Positions 63,207-64,000 of a stretch of DNA of 64,000 bases are shown here, piece after piece. The translations under genes and the position numbers were made by a program. Position 1 is the first letter of the stretch, and each line of letters begins with the position of its first letter. Location of the stretch: NCBI RefSeq assembly GCF_006345805.1, contig NC_043005.1:2170001-2234000 (forward strand), given 5' to 3'. Under the pieces are notes generated by a model that saw nothing but the letters and a program-made list of their open reading frames with translations, had not been told where the DNA came from and ran no database searches. The DNA comes from Octopus sinensis (Eukaryota).

Positions 63207-63854
63207 CATACATACATGCATATGCACATTTGTATGTATGTATGTTTATACGTAAGAAGAACAGTTAAACAGAGAATGTCAGAGCAGTAGAGAAAGAAAG
63301 AGAGCAGCAGGAGTGTATTATTCACAGAGGAAATGATTTTTAGGATAAGAATCTTCCATGATTGTGTGAAGGGCGGGGGGGGGGAAGCGTTATGCAAGTT
63401 TCGTTTATTTATTTTTACATTTTCGTTTGAAGATTGAACTAAACGGATTGCAAGAAATGGAGAAATTATTTCGAATGAGTTTGTTAAATTGATTCAGTTA
63501 TTTAATTAATATTGTCATGAAAGCTTTCCTGAGCCCGTGTACTTCTCTAGTAACTGTTTGCTTTTTATTATGGAATAAAGGTAAAGGTTTTACAAATGAA
63601 GACGATTACAAGATTTGCTTTTACAGCGTTAGTTTCGTAAGAAGTACAAACGATAAAACTGTTGTTTTGCTTAGTATCGTTTCAATATGGCTACGTTTGG
63701 AAAGGAAGGAGGACGACATATATGACTTTTGGATTGAGGATAGGGAGAGGAATAGAAAAGAGAGACAGACAAACAAAGACAGAGAGAAAGAGAGAGAATT
63801 GATAGAAAATCTCATTTCCTTATGCTGGTAATGCTGTACATGTTATTAATGTAG

Positions 63855-63995
63855 TTGTAGTGGTGGTGGCGGTGGTGGTGGCGGCAGCGGCGGTGGCGAC
63901 GGTGGCGGTGGTGGTGGCGGTGGTGGCTGTGGTGGTGGTGGTGGCGGTGTTGGTAGCGGCGGCAGCGGTGGCGGCGGTGGTGGTTGTGATGGTGG
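63855..63995. repeat. (GGT/GGC)n GC-rich triplet repeat
   Basis: Direct reading. Confidence 0.9.
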
Positions 63996-64000
63996 TTAGC

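Noticed and set aside
63855-63995. Possible Gly-rich coding exon
   Set aside because: Explained as a GGT/GGC triplet repeat, with no start or splice context and stops upstream.

Overview
Eukaryotic, AT-rich, repeat-saturated DNA. The SINE families, microsatellite load and LINE spectrum resemble an Octopus-type cephalopod genome (inference from recalled repeat families, not a database hit). I find no confidently supported host gene. Most predicted ORFs are microsatellite read-throughs or transposon remnants. Contents: many tRNA-derived SINEs; RLE-type non-LTR retrotransposons (several R4/Dong-like copies and one HERO-like copy); a near-complete CR1-like ORF2; RTE and Tx1/L1 3' ends; two copies of a deleted mariner; non-autonomous Helitrons; foldback and palindromic elements; and three Penelope-like element (PLE) fragments with GIY-YIG domains. 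The main signal not shown by the ORF track is a set of nine type I hammerhead-ribozyme folds, read by hand. Two have complete catalytic cores and all three stems (636-726, 48346-48441); the rest are variant or decayed. They lie in PLE termini (one as an inverted pair) and in short non-coding elements embedded in (TA)n, which suggests a PLE/retrozyme-like ribozyme system. Coordinates of decayed elements are approximate.
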